From the human T2T-CHM13v2.0 reference genome, Homo sapiens: DNA of 64,000 bases. This document shows positions 1-15,787 of the stretch, piece after piece. Position 1 is the stretch's first letter. Every line of letters begins with the position of its first letter. The notes beneath the pieces were generated by a model. The model had not been told where the DNA came from. It searched no databases and saw nothing but the letters and a program-made list of their open reading frames with translations. The translations under genes were made by a program, and so were the position numbers. The stretch lies in assembly GCF_009914755.1 (NCBI RefSeq), contig NC_060931.1. One strand, given 5' to 3'.

Positions 1-16
1 ATAATTAAAACAACTT

Positions 17-335
<319 letters not shown>

Positions 336-731
336 TTACATTAAAGTTTAAAAATGCTAGGAGTTACCATTGTAACATATAATGAAGACTACTGGAAATA
401 GATTTGTGAGAAATACATGTGAGGTGTATAAGAACAGTAAAATACGTTTTTAATAAAAGATTATAGGAAGGTGTGGAAATGTAAAATTCTTGCCTAAGGT
501 TAAACGATTGTTTTGAATTAGATAAAATAAAGCTAAAAGTTCAAACAAGTTGTAAAAGGAATGTAAAAATTAATCTTGCAAAAGAAATTCTGTGTGTGAA
601 CACATTGGCTAAATTCAAATATGGCTTTTCTGTAAATTAAACATTGAAATAAAAGCACAAGGTACTGAGCACCAATCTGCTCTTTAGTAAAATTTGTAAA
701 GAGTTATAAAAGGTTTCTGCTTTTAAATTTC

Positions 732-1077
<346 letters not shown>

Positions 1078-1288
1078 TAATCTGGAATTCTATTTCATAA
1101 CATCAAGTGTTTTAAACTTCTAACATTTAACAAGCTTCCCAAAATCAAACTTCTGTTTCAAAATTGTCTTTCCTGACACCTGCCTTTTGGATGCTATAGA
1201 GGGCCCCTGGAACATCCAGAAGAGAGGTAAACAGAATTACCGGACATGTCTAGGTACATGGGATTGCCAAAATGTTGTTTAATCTTCA

Positions 1289-1416
1289 TATATTAATATT
1301 CACTAACCTATATTACCTATATTAATATAGGTTATTAATATTAATAGATAATTAATATTAATAGGTAATTAATATTAATAACCTATATTAATATAGGTTT
1401 AGTGAATATTAATATA
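1289..1416. repeat. AT-rich near-perfect palindrome (~50-bp arms)
   Basis: Left arm TATATTAATATTCACTAA...CCTATATTAATATAGGTTATTAATATTAAT is the reverse complement of right arm ATTAATATTAATAACCTATATTAATATAGGTTTAGTGAATATTAATATA, apart from a small internal duplication. Confidence 0.9.
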
Positions 1417-1913
1417 CGTTCCAAAATTGTATGGGATTTCTAAAATTCTAATGCCTGAGTATATGCTATCAATCACAAGGTGGTTAAATTATTGTAAACC
1501 ACAGAAATAAACCAAATTTCTTTGTCAATCATGTTTCTGACTGTAACTACCCTGGACATTTTGTTATTTATAGACGATTGTTGTTTTTATCATCTTCAGA
1601 AGATGGTGTGTAATCAGCTATAGAACTTTAACAGGTGCTCTCAAATGCAGGTTTCTGATATCTTTGAAGATTGTGACACTGGAATAAAGGAAAACATACA
1701 GGACTCATGAAGAGCTGACATGTTCGTGAATATCAAGCAAAACAAGAGTTAATGGAATGGACTGAACTAATAGAAAACTGAAATAATCTTTTTTACTTTT
1801 GCTTGGAACACTGCTGATTCTCATTTTGTTTTTCAGACTCAAGGAAGCTTATTTTGAACTATTTATGGCCTTTAATAATTGAGTAAGGTAAACTCCTGTG
1901 AACAAAATTTGGA

Positions 1914-1917
<4 letters not shown>

Positions 1918-1949
<32 letters not shown>
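1918..1949. repeat. (CT)n microsatellite
   Basis: Direct reading. Confidence 0.95.
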
Positions 1950-1953
<4 letters not shown>

Positions 1954-4066
1954 GGCTTCTCCAGAATTTAGAAACTAGTTGTGAGTATTCTTAACTTATG
2001 GCAATATAGTTATTTGCATCAGTGCAATAAGAATCCCTTTTCTTTTGCAACATGACACAATTGTAGAAACTGGTTGTCTTACCAAGGCTTTGACTGGAAG
2101 GGTGTGCTTCCCTTTAAGGAGTGAAGCTCAACTGGTAGAGCCAATAAAAGCCCCTTGGGAAAACTGGCCTCACACCTTGTCTACACAGTCCCTGTACAGG
2201 GTTCCTGACTTGTGATAAGTAAAGAATGTCACTTTCTGACAGGCCCAAGAGCTCCAACTTTATCTCAGGACCTTAAGAGGAGAGGATCACCCAACTCACA
2301 GGTATTTGATGGTACAAACCCATGGCTAGGCTCGGTTTTAGAAAGATTGAAATTTCTTGTGGATCAGAGTTCCATCAAGGCCAATCTACCAGGCCTATGT
2401 AAAAATAATTATTTTTGCTGTACTTTATGCAAACAATCAAGCCAAGTATAAGACTAAAGTCTATTCTGCAAACAACTCAGTCCTATCATGGTTTGTTTTT
2501 AACAGAAATGAGGACGGGAAACAGAGAAATTATGTTTCAAAACTTATCATACATTTGTCATTAACTTCTAGATTCATTCGTTGTTTTCAAGTTTTTGCCT
2601 ACATTTTAGACTGACCCTGCTAATTCCTGTGAACCATCCAGTATCTCCAACTATAGCTCAGAAGGAACAAAATGGCATGGATAATCTGGATCAATATTTT
2701 AACACTAGCAATTATCCTGCAGACCCTGCGGGGTGATGGGAATAAATAGAGCGCCCATCAGCCGGAGGTTTCCTTTTGGGGAAAGACCAAGGGAGCTAAC
2801 CACAGCCAAGCCACATGCACCCAAATCTTAGCAAGCATAACTACAGCCACCAGTTATCAGGGTGTGTCACAATACATCCTTTTCTCTCCCTTGTTAGAGG
2901 AGCACTCAATTCCACAGCTTCACCTTAGTATTCAGCTTATGATAAGGAGTCCATGCAATGCCCCTAAGACACATTTTTGTCCCAAACTCAATTCCAAGCT
3001 TCGGGTCAAAGTCCTAGGAAAGAAAACTGGATCTGAGGGATCCAGAGGCAGACAATAACAAAAGTTAAAAGACACAGTGCAGGTAAGTGTGACTGATTCC
3101 TGTCAACTAAGCCAAGCTTCCCATTTCACAGATAAAGTTCATGCTAGTATCCATGGCATAAATGATGTCTAGGGAATTCAAAGGCTACTGACAGCACAGG
3201 AGATAGGGCATACATGGGTAAGAGTGAATATTCCCAGCCCCTAGGCCCCCCTGTTAACATGGATGGAAGCCACTTTAGCACCCATGGGCAACACACTGTC
3301 ACAGTCACTGGGACTCAGGGATACAAGGATGGAGGAAAGGAAGAGGAGAGGAACACCTCACTTTCCCTCATGTACTGTGGGTATTTGCTAGGAAGAGAAG
3401 GGAACCTGGGATGCCTCGCTCTCTCCTTTCTAAATGAGTAGCCATTCATCTTCAGTCTGTATCCCTTTCAAATGCATCCTGAACCCCTGGGACTCCTTTA
3501 GAAAAAACACCTTTTTTTTTTTCCTCCTCTGTTATTTCTTCACAGATACGTAATCGTATCTCTGCACTATGGGACACTTCCCTTGGCTACATCCTCTAAA
3601 CTGGGAAAAGTTAATTTCCCAAACCTTAAACTGGTTGGCTTAGGATTGGGCTTGGGGAAGGGAACCCAGAAGCCTCACATGCCAGCAAAAGGGTAAAGTT
3701 TTTGTTATTGTTGTTGTTTTTATCAGCCAGGCTTTTGGCTTCCCTATCCCTATGCAAACTGATAAAAGGCCTCAGGATTTTTGAGCTGTCCTTACCCTCC
3801 CCTTGTTTTGTTTTGATACCTGTTTTCTAATAACCCAGTTTGTCTCTTCTTGCCTTCAGGACATCAAACTCGAAACGGTCATACAACCAGAGCCTCAGAC
3901 AATGGCCCCTTTTGCCAGAGACCCTTAGATAGGCCTCTGTGGGAGTTCTGACTGCTGTCTTCCCAAAACAGCACCCCCTGCCAGAAGGAAGCAGTTAAGA
4001 TTGATATTTGTCCTCATCCTTATGCTTATCTAATGGCAATTAGATGTACTTCTTTAGAGAAGAGCG

Positions 4067-4530
4067 TGATAGAGGAGACAGTCAACAGTCACTGGCAAAC
4101 CTCACCTTCAAGCCTAAAACAGCTCGAAGGCTGAGGGACTGGACTGCTGGTCCCAGATGAAACCCTCGACCCTCAGGGAGAACTGCCCGTTTGCCCACCC
4201 TTTCCCAACTGACTCTTTCTGAATAATGCCCACATGCACACTGGGGGAACGGGGTGGAGCCATGGGAAGTTCTCACCCTGTGCAGTGGGGAGGAGCCTGG
4301 TCTCTTCAGCCAATGTCTGTGGTGGCCTGCTATTCAATCTGCGAGGTGGGTCGGGGGGTTCCCTCTGTTAGCAGGACCCCCTCTCACTTTGCTGAGTTTT
4401 TTTTTTTTCCTTCTCACCCAATAAATTCAGCCCTCCTCACCCTTCAATGTGTCTGTGTGCCTAATTTCTCCTGGTCATGACACAAGAACCTGGATTTAGC
4501 TAACTAAGGAGCAAAAATTCTGCATCCGCA
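4067..4530 (+). mobile_element. 3' LTR, MER61/MER83-like (ERV1)
   Basis: Starts TG after the purine tract. Contains GGGGTGGAGCC...GGGGAGGAGCCTGG, CCCAATAAA and the ...GCTAACTAAGGAGCAAAAATTCTGCATC end typical of this LTR family. Confidence 0.7.
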
Positions 4531-5425
4531 ACACAGGTTTAGGGTCTTCTATTTTAAAGGATCAGGGAAGCCCTCTAACAAGATGACATTTAGGCAGACT
4601 GGAATAGAGGAAGCCAACCATATAGATATCTGGGAGGAGAGAGTTCTAGCAGAGAACAGGTAGTACAGACTACAAGGTGAGACTATACTTGGACTTTCTC
4701 TGGATAGGAACAAAACAGAAAGAGTACAAGCAAATGTGGGTGATGAATCATAGGCAACAAAGAGACCAAAGGTGCAGAAGGCCAGATGACATTGGGTCTT
4801 GTAGGTCACAGAAAATAAGTACTTGGGATTTCATTCCCAGTGAGATGGGAAATCACTGGAAAACTTTGATCAGGATGTGATGTGATCTTATTTTTAAAAG
4901 GATCACTCTGGATGTTCCATTGAGAGCACACTGTAATGCACAGGTGAAAGCAAGAAGGCTACTGCAAGTCTGGGGAAGTTCTCAAACTTGACTTGCATCA
5001 GAAGCACCTGTGATTTGTTAAATCACAGATTAATCATACAAAAACCTGTACACAATTGCTCACAGCAGTTTTGCTTGTAACAGCTAAAAATTGGGAGCCC
5101 AGATGTCATCCTTGTACATCCATCCCGTGGAATACTACTCAGCAATAAAAAGGAAAAAACTATTTTGATAAATCTACAGAGAATTATGCTGACTGAAAAA
5201 AGCCAAACCCAAAAGCTGTCTGATTCCATTTATAGAACTTGCTTGACATGACAAAATTATAAAAGTAGTCAACAGATTTCCTGGTTGCCAGGGGTTAGCG
5301 GTAGGGGCAGGGTAGGAGGAGAAAGGTTGACTATATCCCACCATACAAGGGATCCTTGTGGTGATAGATGTTCTTTCTTGACTTCATCAATGTCAATATC
5401 CTGATGCTGACCACAGTTTTGCAAG

Positions 5426-5876
5426 TGTGAAAGGAAAATAAATCTTGGGACACCAAAATCACTAAGCTAAAGGGAAAAGTCAAGCTGGGAACTGCTTGGG
5501 ACAAACCTGCCTTCCATTCTATTCAAAGTCATGCTTCTGTCCACTGAGATTAACATATATCTGATTGACTCATTTGGAAAGGCTAATCAGAAACTCAAAA
5601 CAATGCAGCCATTTGTCTCTTATCTACCTGTGACCTGGAAGCTTCCTACCTCACTTCGAGTTGTCCCACCTTCCTGGACCAAACCACTATTTATCTTACA
5701 TATATTGATTGAAGTTTTGTGTCTCCCTAAAATGTATAAAAACAAGCTGTGCCCCAACCACCTTGGGCACATGCCATCAGGACCTCCTGAGGCTGTGTCA
5801 CAGGTGCACGTCCTTAACTTTGGCAAAATAAACTTCCTAATTAACTGAGATCTGTCTCCGATAATTGGGGTTCACA
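5426..5876 (+). mobile_element. MER4-family solo LTR, inserted in an old L1M fragment
   Basis: TGTGAAAGGAAAATAAATC...GGGTTCACA termini; 4-bp TSD CAAG (5422-5425, 5877-5880). Confidence 0.9.
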
Positions 5877-6739
5877 CAAGATATTACCATTGGGGGAAAC
5901 TGTAAAGGATACAGGGATCTTTCTGTATCATTTCTTACACTGTATACAACTCTACAATTTTCTCAAAATATGCTTAAAATAATGTTTGAGGAAATGAAAC
6001 ACACAGGCATACCCACATTGCTGGGCTTCATCACCAGTTTCTGATTCAGGTCTGGAGTAAGACTTGAAAATGTGCATTTTAACAAGTTTCCAGGTGAAGC
6101 TAGTCTGGGACCAGCTATGAAAATCACTTGTTTAGAAAATAATATCCTGGGGCAGGTATTATTGTTCCTATCTTGTGGAAGAAACCTAAAGATTAAGTGA
6201 CTTCAGCCAAGCGCGGTGGCTCACGCCTATAATCCCAGCACTTTGGGAGGCAGAGGCAGGAGGATAGCTTGGGCCCAGGAGTTTCAGACCTGCCTGGGCA
6301 ACACAGAGGCCTTGTTCTCCCCACAACAGGAAAAAACAAAAGTGACTTCACCAAAGGTTCTAGAACTGACAGGGCCAGGACTTAAATCAGGTCCTACCAG
6401 CTCAGTGTTTTTCCATGAGCTAATCAAGGTCAGGAATAATCTCAATCATAAGGACTCTCTAGTGTCTAGCACAGAACAGAAATCAATAAATGCTTGAATT
6501 GTACTGTCCTAAAAACTAAAACTCATAAAATGTGGGAGCTTAAACATTTCACAAACTTTATAATATATACATACACATTAAACTGTGTACTAGTCTCAGC
6601 TCTTAGGCTGTGCCCTGAAGAAGTGCTTAAACTCTGTTCTTAGCTTCCGTAGACCTGAGATCAGGGAGCTGGTTCCTTCCTACTTAATTCTGGATGCCTT
6701 ATTTTAAAATCTTCTGAGGTTTTACAGATAGCTACAAGG

Positions 6740-7327
6740 TGTGAAAGGAAAATAAATCTCAGGACCCCCAAAATCACTAAGCCAAGAGAAAAGTCAAGCT
6801 GGGAACTGTCAGGCCAAACTTCCTCCTGTTTTATTTGTAAATAAGACAGCCACAAAGAAAAGAAGCTACATACCTCCCTCACAATTTGCCCACAGGAAAT
6901 TTCTTGTGGACAAAGGACAGACAGAACTCAAAGTCATCCCTCTGAGACTCACCTGACACAAATGCATATGACTGCTTCCTCTGCACTATTTATGTAAAAA
7001 TGCAGACTCATTGAGCCAGACTAAATTGTGTATTCAGGCTGACCAAGGACTCAAAAGAAAGCAACCTTTTGTCTCTTACCTACTTATAACCTGGAAGCCC
7101 CCACTTAGAGTTGTCCCGCCTTACCAGACCAAACCAATGTACATCTTAGACATACTGATTTATGTCTCACATCTCCCCAAAATGTATAAAAGCAAACTAC
7201 GTACCCCGACCACCTTGGGCACACCTCCTCAGGACTTCCTGAGGCTGTGTCATGGGCGCATCCTTAACCTTGGCAAAATAAACTTTTTAAATTGACTGAA
7301 ACCTGTCTCAGACATTTGGGGTTCACA
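6740..7327 (+). mobile_element. Second MER4-family solo LTR
   Basis: Same termini as the first; TSD AAGG (6736-6739, 7328-7331). Confidence 0.9.
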
Positions 7328-7349
7328 AAGGTCATCCTTAAAAGAACAC

Positions 7350-7699
<350 letters not shown>

Positions 7700-8560
7700 T
7701 CAAAACAGATACCTGACACAGCTTTCTCAATTTCTGAAAATCCCAAGTGAGAAACAGAAGAAAAACGTATAAACAAAATACTTACTAAACAAAAATTCCC
7801 TGACAATGCACTTGGCAAAAAGGATTGGGGGGAACTACAAACTTAAGCAATTCTATGGAATTTTAATACTGTGCTCAGTTTTCAGCAAAATTACACACGC
7901 CTAGATTCACAAAGATGCTGAAGCAGTTACGTTAAGTACTTACCAAAACTGATTTCCTGCAGTTAGCTCTCAAGAATTCCACTTTAAAATCCCTTTATGC
8001 AACAAGACACCACAATAGTCTTCTATGTCTCCATGGCAAAGGTAACAAGCCTTGAGGAAATAGGCTTAAATAGCTAAGAGGGTTTTACATTAGAAATAAG
8101 AACTTTCTGGTGATGGCAGCTCCCAGCACCTGAGAGGGATTATAGTCATGATCATGCCTAAACACTGGATGCTTAAAATATTCAACCCAATAGGCTCTTT
8201 CCAAACTGTCCGTTTCAGGTTCTACTTTCTTGTATTAGTAACAATGGCCAAACGTAGTAAATAACGCTATTTTGTTAGAAGAACGGAAAAAACTAAATAA
8301 TAAAAGTAGGATTCAAATACAGGTGAAGGTCCCAGGAAACCAGTGTCTAGAACTGAAAACTAGTTTCCATTAATTAGCTGCCTTTCCTTCTACCAGAAAA
8401 TAGTGCTACTATTCCATGTAGCTCTCCACGGGCTCTTGCCCAGCCAGCTCTAGTTTCCTAATATAACTGAGGGAAACTTTAGCCTCACATTTAACCTACA
8501 AATAAATCACACAACTCTCCAGTGCCATTCCCACCCCCTAGCAACAGAGCCGCCAGGACC

Positions 8561-8566
8561 TTTATT
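8561..8566 (-). terminator. TOMM7: TOMM7 candidate distal poly(A) signal AATAAA
   Basis: Second tttatt on + strand, 360 nt beyond the proximal signal. Confidence 0.55.
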
Positions 8567-8920
8567 TCTTGCAGTCAGAACTTTAATGCAGAGGAGGAAG
8601 TAACAGCTTGGTTTGTCACAAACAGAACTATCTGTATTCTTACTACCTCGGAATATCCTAGAAGGAGTTATTAATTCACTGCAAAGGGAAACTGTAATCC
8701 ATATGTTAGGTCAATGGGCAGGAATAACTTGGAAAAATTTTTTTATATCGTGATCCACCCGCCCTGGCCTCCCAAAGTGCTGGGATTTACAGGCTTAAAT
8801 AGCACCTAGGTACACACATAAATTCCCTGTTTTGAGAAAGTACCAAAAGGCTTAATTTTTACCTGATAATCCTAGCATGTTCAATTCAAAAAAGACTCAA
8901 GCATAACACTGTTAAAAACA

Positions 8921-8926
8921 TTTATT
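8921..8926 (-). terminator. TOMM7: TOMM7 proximal poly(A) signal AATAAA
   Basis: tttatt on + strand, ~180 nt past the stop codon, followed on the minus strand by GT/T-rich downstream sequence. Confidence 0.85.
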
Positions 8927-9102
8927 CTGATACATTCTATCATAAGTTAGTACAAGTTCCACTCTGCTACAGATGCGTCTGTGAAGAGCCTTGTGCCATC
9001 CAACTAGTGACTGAATGATGTCCCATCTCTTATCCGAGCCAGAGCACACATCTTCCATGCTGTCCGCTGATTGCCTCCAAATCCAGAAGACCAAATAATC
9101 CT

Positions 9103-9118
9103 TTATCCCCAAAGTAGG
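9103..9118 (-). CDS. TOMM7: TOMM7 coding exon 3 (S-LLWG-stop)
   Basis: Acceptor TTTTAG| at 9120-9119 after a pyrimidine tract; C CTA CTT TGG GGA TAA. 103+49+16=168 nt = 55 aa plus stop, the known Tom7 length. Confidence 0.99.
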
Positions 9119-9986
9119 CTAAAATGTTTGTGAAGAGAAGAAAGAAATTAAATTCCGAAATAAAAATCTTCTAGACATAACCTAAGACCTAGAAAATTTT
9201 ATACATTTATGTTTGTTTCCTCATCTATCAAATTCAGTTGTGAAAGACAAGGATCAATCCCACTGAACAAACAAATTAAATATACAGAACTGTATTCAAA
9301 TACACTTTTCTTTTGAGCACAGTTACCTATCATAAACAAAAACAAAAATGTGAGCAGACATAAAATGAAGTCAATCAAAAGGAAAACGATTACTGATTTC
9401 CATTAACAGGTAGGCCTGATAAACCCAGAAAACAAAGCTATCTCATTACTAGATGCAGTATCAGTAATACTAAAATAACATTTATTGAATGGTTTCTGTG
9501 CATTAGACACTGAGGAAAGTTCACAACTCCCAACTACGATCCCTATTTTAATGTGGGAATTGAGGCTCTGAGATAGTTATATATCATTTAAGTGGGTAGA
9601 GTGCGATGTGGCCTAAGTGCCCTTACAACCATTAAGTTCCTGGGGAGCAATTAGCCTCCACTTCCACCTCAACTAACTCTTACCCCAAACATTCCAGCCA
9701 CTAAGAAGCCCAAACTCCCAAATCATTTGCTGACTCCAATAGAGTGTAGGAAGGAGAAAAGAGATGGTTTCATTTCTAAATCCTGCTGCTTAAAAATGTA
9801 GCCCAGTTGAATAAAACTGCATTATTAAATGACATTGACAGTTTTGTAAAGTTTATTTTTAAAAAATATTTTCCCTGTGCCTAAGAAGAAAACACACATC
9901 TATTTCCAATTTTCAAATGTGTATTAAAATCGCCTCTTAAACCCTAAGTATTTTTGCACACAGTTAAGATATGAAAATAAATTATT

Positions 9987-10445
<459 letters not shown>

Positions 10446-13400
10446 AAAAAAGATCTATGAAGGTCTCTTCTTCAATGGTAATGGGCAGCAAAAATATAAA
10501 AAGGAAATCTTGCTCAGCCTTATGCAGATAATGGAAATGATTCTCTTAACCTTGATAGTCACATATTTTGCCTAAATGTTTTACAAAGACACTGCCCCTT
10601 ATATATTAAAGTACTTTTGAATAAGGCATTCATGTCAACCAATATTTGCTGACCACATACAATGAGTCATCCTGGGTGAAAGAGGATACTAAGATGAATG
10701 TGGTCCTAATCTCAAACAACCCAACAACCTGGCAAGGGAAACAAACTAGTAGATAATTAACCGTATTATTTACATAAGTATTATATAAACAATAAATATA
10801 TGTAGAAACAACAGACTTTATATTAATAAACAATAAATTTTACGTTAATAAAAACCATAGCAGGTATAATTCTGTTCCTTTCAGAGTACAGATTAGGCAG
10901 CTCAGATCTCTCTAGTCACTCTTCCCAGTGCAGGGAGCACAGTACATGAAATTCCGTAACTGAGTAACCCTTTGCAGGCACTCACTCACTCAATTCTTTC
11001 CTAAAACACAAATGCCTCTGGAGGGAAACCAGAAGATGCTCTTAATGACAGAAAAGATCAAGAGGGTTAGTATCAGGAAGGAGAGAAGCACTGAGAAGAC
11101 AATAAGATGAAGAAATGAAAAGCAGTAGGACAGGGATGCTTCATCTAGTCGCTGAAGGTTCAAATCTTGTTGGGATAAATGCAGCCCCAAAAAAGGACAA
11201 CAGAAAGACACATTCTTGCCCCACTTCTGTATCCTAAATCACCCAGGGCACAAAAAAGTGTTATTTCCTAGCATGCAGGTCCAGCCTAAAATTTGTACAA
11301 GATGCAATGCTTTGTCAATTCCTGTCCAAAGGACCACCAAGACGGCCAGGTGCTGTGGCTCATGCTTATAATCCTAGCACATTGGGAGGCCCAGGTGGGA
11401 GGACTGCTTGAGCCCAGAAGTTCGAGACCAGACTGGGCAACACAGTGAGACCTTCTTGCTACAAAAAAAACTAAAATAAAATATAAAAAACCCACAGAAG
11501 ACCATCAAGAGATGAGGGTCATTAGTTAATTCAATGCTTGTTGAGCAACTACTTTAGGTGCTTATGAGACAAAATATAGTTACAAGCATAATACAAGGCA
11601 GAGAATGACAGATACAAAAGGATACTATGGGGCTGGGTGCAGTGGCCCATGCCTATAATCCCAGCACTTCGGGAGGTCGAGGCAGGATCACTTGATCCCA
11701 GGAGTTTGAGACCAGACTAGGCAACAGGGCGAGATCCTGCCTCTATAAAAATTAAAAAGAAAAAAAGAAACTATGGAAACACAAAAAACAGAGTAGTTTT
11801 AGCTAGGAGGAAAGAAGGAAGAGATTTACAGAAGGGGCGACATTTGAGATTGGGCTTTTCTAGAAGCAGATTTCCATCCAGTGGAAACTAAGGGGAAAAA
11901 GCATTCCAGGCTGAGGGAGCACAAGCATAGGAACAAAGGCATAAAAATATATATAGTTTATTCTGGGACTTAGCATGCAGTATCATATAGCTAGAGCACT
12001 GTTTTCATAAGGAAATGGGGATAAAAAAGATGACACTGAAAAGGTTAAAAATTACTATTAATAGTTTACTGATCACGTATTACTTGACAAGTACTGCTAA
12101 TACTTTATATATAATATTCAATGCTCATGGCTACCTTATTAGGTAGGTATTATTATCCCCAACTGATAAAAAGGGGAGATGACAGCTTAGAAAGGTTAAT
12201 GGCTTCTTGGAGGAAGGTATTTGATGATAATTTCCAATACTTGGAAAATGTCCACACAGCTTGACTCAGTAGTCCTCTCTTATGTTTCCCAAGGTAATGT
12301 TTCTCTAAGGAAATAACTGGTCTAAGGCCAAGGCCACTCAACTAGTAGGCAGAAGATATATTACCTCAATCGCTATTTTACAGAAAAGAAAATTGATAGA
12401 TCAAAGAGTAAGGGCTAAGAAAAAAGGACTTAGTGGGGAATCTCTGAAAACAGTTTCTAAAAGTCATGCCATAAACAGTTAAAGGAAGAGAGGGAGGTGA
12501 AGAAGGTAGTGTGTGAAGATCATTTGTTGAAAAACTTTATCAGGGAAAACAGAATAACTGCAGAAGTGAACAATTTGAAAGCACATATTGTAGTACCCTT
12601 TGAAAATAAAAAAGACCTTCCTCTGAAAAAGAAGAGAGCAGCAAGGCAGATGTGGTGGAGGAAATTCATATCAGATAGTATTGTGCTAAGTTAAGAAAGA
12701 GGTAAAATTACTTGGGGAAGGCCACATGATCCAGTGGAAAGAATGTGAGCTTTGGAAATAGAACATATTCCACCACCTACTGACTGTATAACCTGCTCTG
12801 AAGGACTGAAGTTGACAACTAGACACATTGCATAAAAAGCACCTAAAGCAGTGGCTGACACATTCTAGGTGATAGTGAATAACATATTTTCTGCCCACTC
12901 TAGAAAAACATGGCTTCGAGTAAAAGTTCGAAGAAAATGAATAAAGCCCTAGAATAGTCAGTGAACAGTCTGTGAGGGCAACCCACAAGAGATGTCTGAG
13001 ACAGGATCAAGGAGAAATCCGATTCACTAGTGTGCAGTAGTCATGGTCATCATAGTGCCACAAGTATCAGTCGTTCCTCCAGAGCAAACCTGCCTGTTTG
13101 AGATTATACCTATACATATAATTTTCATAAGTATGCACATATACGCATACATATGTATATGAATATGTATACTGTGTGTGTGAAGTTTTCACAAGTGTTT
13201 ACACATACCAGCAAGATCATTTCTGAGAAAGGAATCTGACAGTCAAGAGCCACAAATGCTCATACTTTATTAATCCCATGACAATTTATAAGGAAATCAA
13301 AATCTATAAAAGCTATGTACACACAAATGTTAATTATTTACTTTTTTTTTTTTGGTAGAGATGGGTCTCGCTACGTTGCCCAGGCTGGTCTTGAACTCCT

Positions 13401-13929
13401 AGCTTCAAGCAATCCTCCCATGATCTTCCCACCTTGGCTTTCCAAAGTGCTGAGATTACAGGTGTGAGCCACCACACCCTGCCCAAATGTTAATTGTATT
13501 GTTGTATAAAATACTGAAAAATTGAAAAACCTATGTAAACCGCAACTGGAAAACATATGGGACAGCCAACTAAAATTTTAGGTGAAAACAAAATCCTGCA
13601 TACCCTTGTCAGAGCGATATAAAAGGTTGTATTCATCTGAATGAGGATAAGACGGGAATATGAGAAATTTAAAACAGTTCGTATTTTAAAGTGGTAGGAT
13701 AATAAATTCTTTTTCTGTTAAAATATGCTTCATTGTAGTTATAACATGGTACAGTAAATACAAATTAGGAGGGGGAAGAGAAAGTAGTTGCAGTTTTCCA
13801 ATAGCCCAAAACTATACTGACTGATAAAGCTCCATTTCAAGGCCTGCCACTATTACTCTTTTACATCTTAGTGATTCAGTACTACTGTATGAACATTTGC
13901 CCTGAAATGTTTAGTTTTAAGAGCAGTAC

Positions 13930-13978
13930 CTCAAAACAGTTGGTTCAGGCATTCCGGGATCTGCACCCCTCTTAAATC
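13930..13978 (-). CDS. TOMM7: TOMM7 coding exon 2 (G-FKRGADPGMPEPTVL-S)
   Basis: Polypyrimidine tract plus TTCAG| acceptor at 13980-13979. Donor TGAG|GTACTG at 13930/13929. 49 nt keeps the frame and matches Tom7 residues 35-51. Confidence 0.99.
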
Positions 13979-14206
13979 CTGAATCAAGGAAGGCAGAAGA
14001 GAAAAAATATTAATTAAAACCCCAGCAGACAAAACATTTACAATCAAGACTTTTTCTTCTTTGTAATCCAACCTAGGATAGTTAGAATGATATCTAGACC
14101 AACCAGTACTATCTAAATTTACCTACGCTACAGAAGTCTCCAATCTTCATTAGAGTATGAAATTATGTCCAGGACTAATCAGTAGGAAGAACAAGCTATC
14201 TTATTC

Positions 14207-14670
<464 letters not shown>

Positions 14671-15129
14671 TGAAGAGCAAAATGATTTTTGGAAAAACAC
14701 ACAACTAAACTTTTTAATTTTTTTAGAGACAAGGTTTCACTATACAGTTCAAGGCTGGTCTTGAACTCCTGGGCTCAAGTGATCAGCCTCCTCAGCCTCT
14801 CAAAAGTGCTGGGATTACAGGCGTGAACCACCATGCCTGGAGGAAAAACTACTGAACTTTTTAAAAAACACAACTGAGGATATTTTATCCCCCATAAACC
14901 TCTCCTTTTATAAAACAAAGACCAATGATAGAAAAAGGACGGGGTGGAGGGCGGGGGGGTTGGCGGCAGGGGATGGATCATCCAATACTTATTATTTAAC
15001 AACCTAATTAAATCAACTCGTTACAAGTATGGTTAAGTATATCTTTTACCATTTAAAATATATTTATAAATTAACCTGATGACATATATGTTCACTTGTT
15101 GAAGCAACTGACTAAGTTAGGGAGGTTTC

Positions 15130-15787
<658 letters not shown>

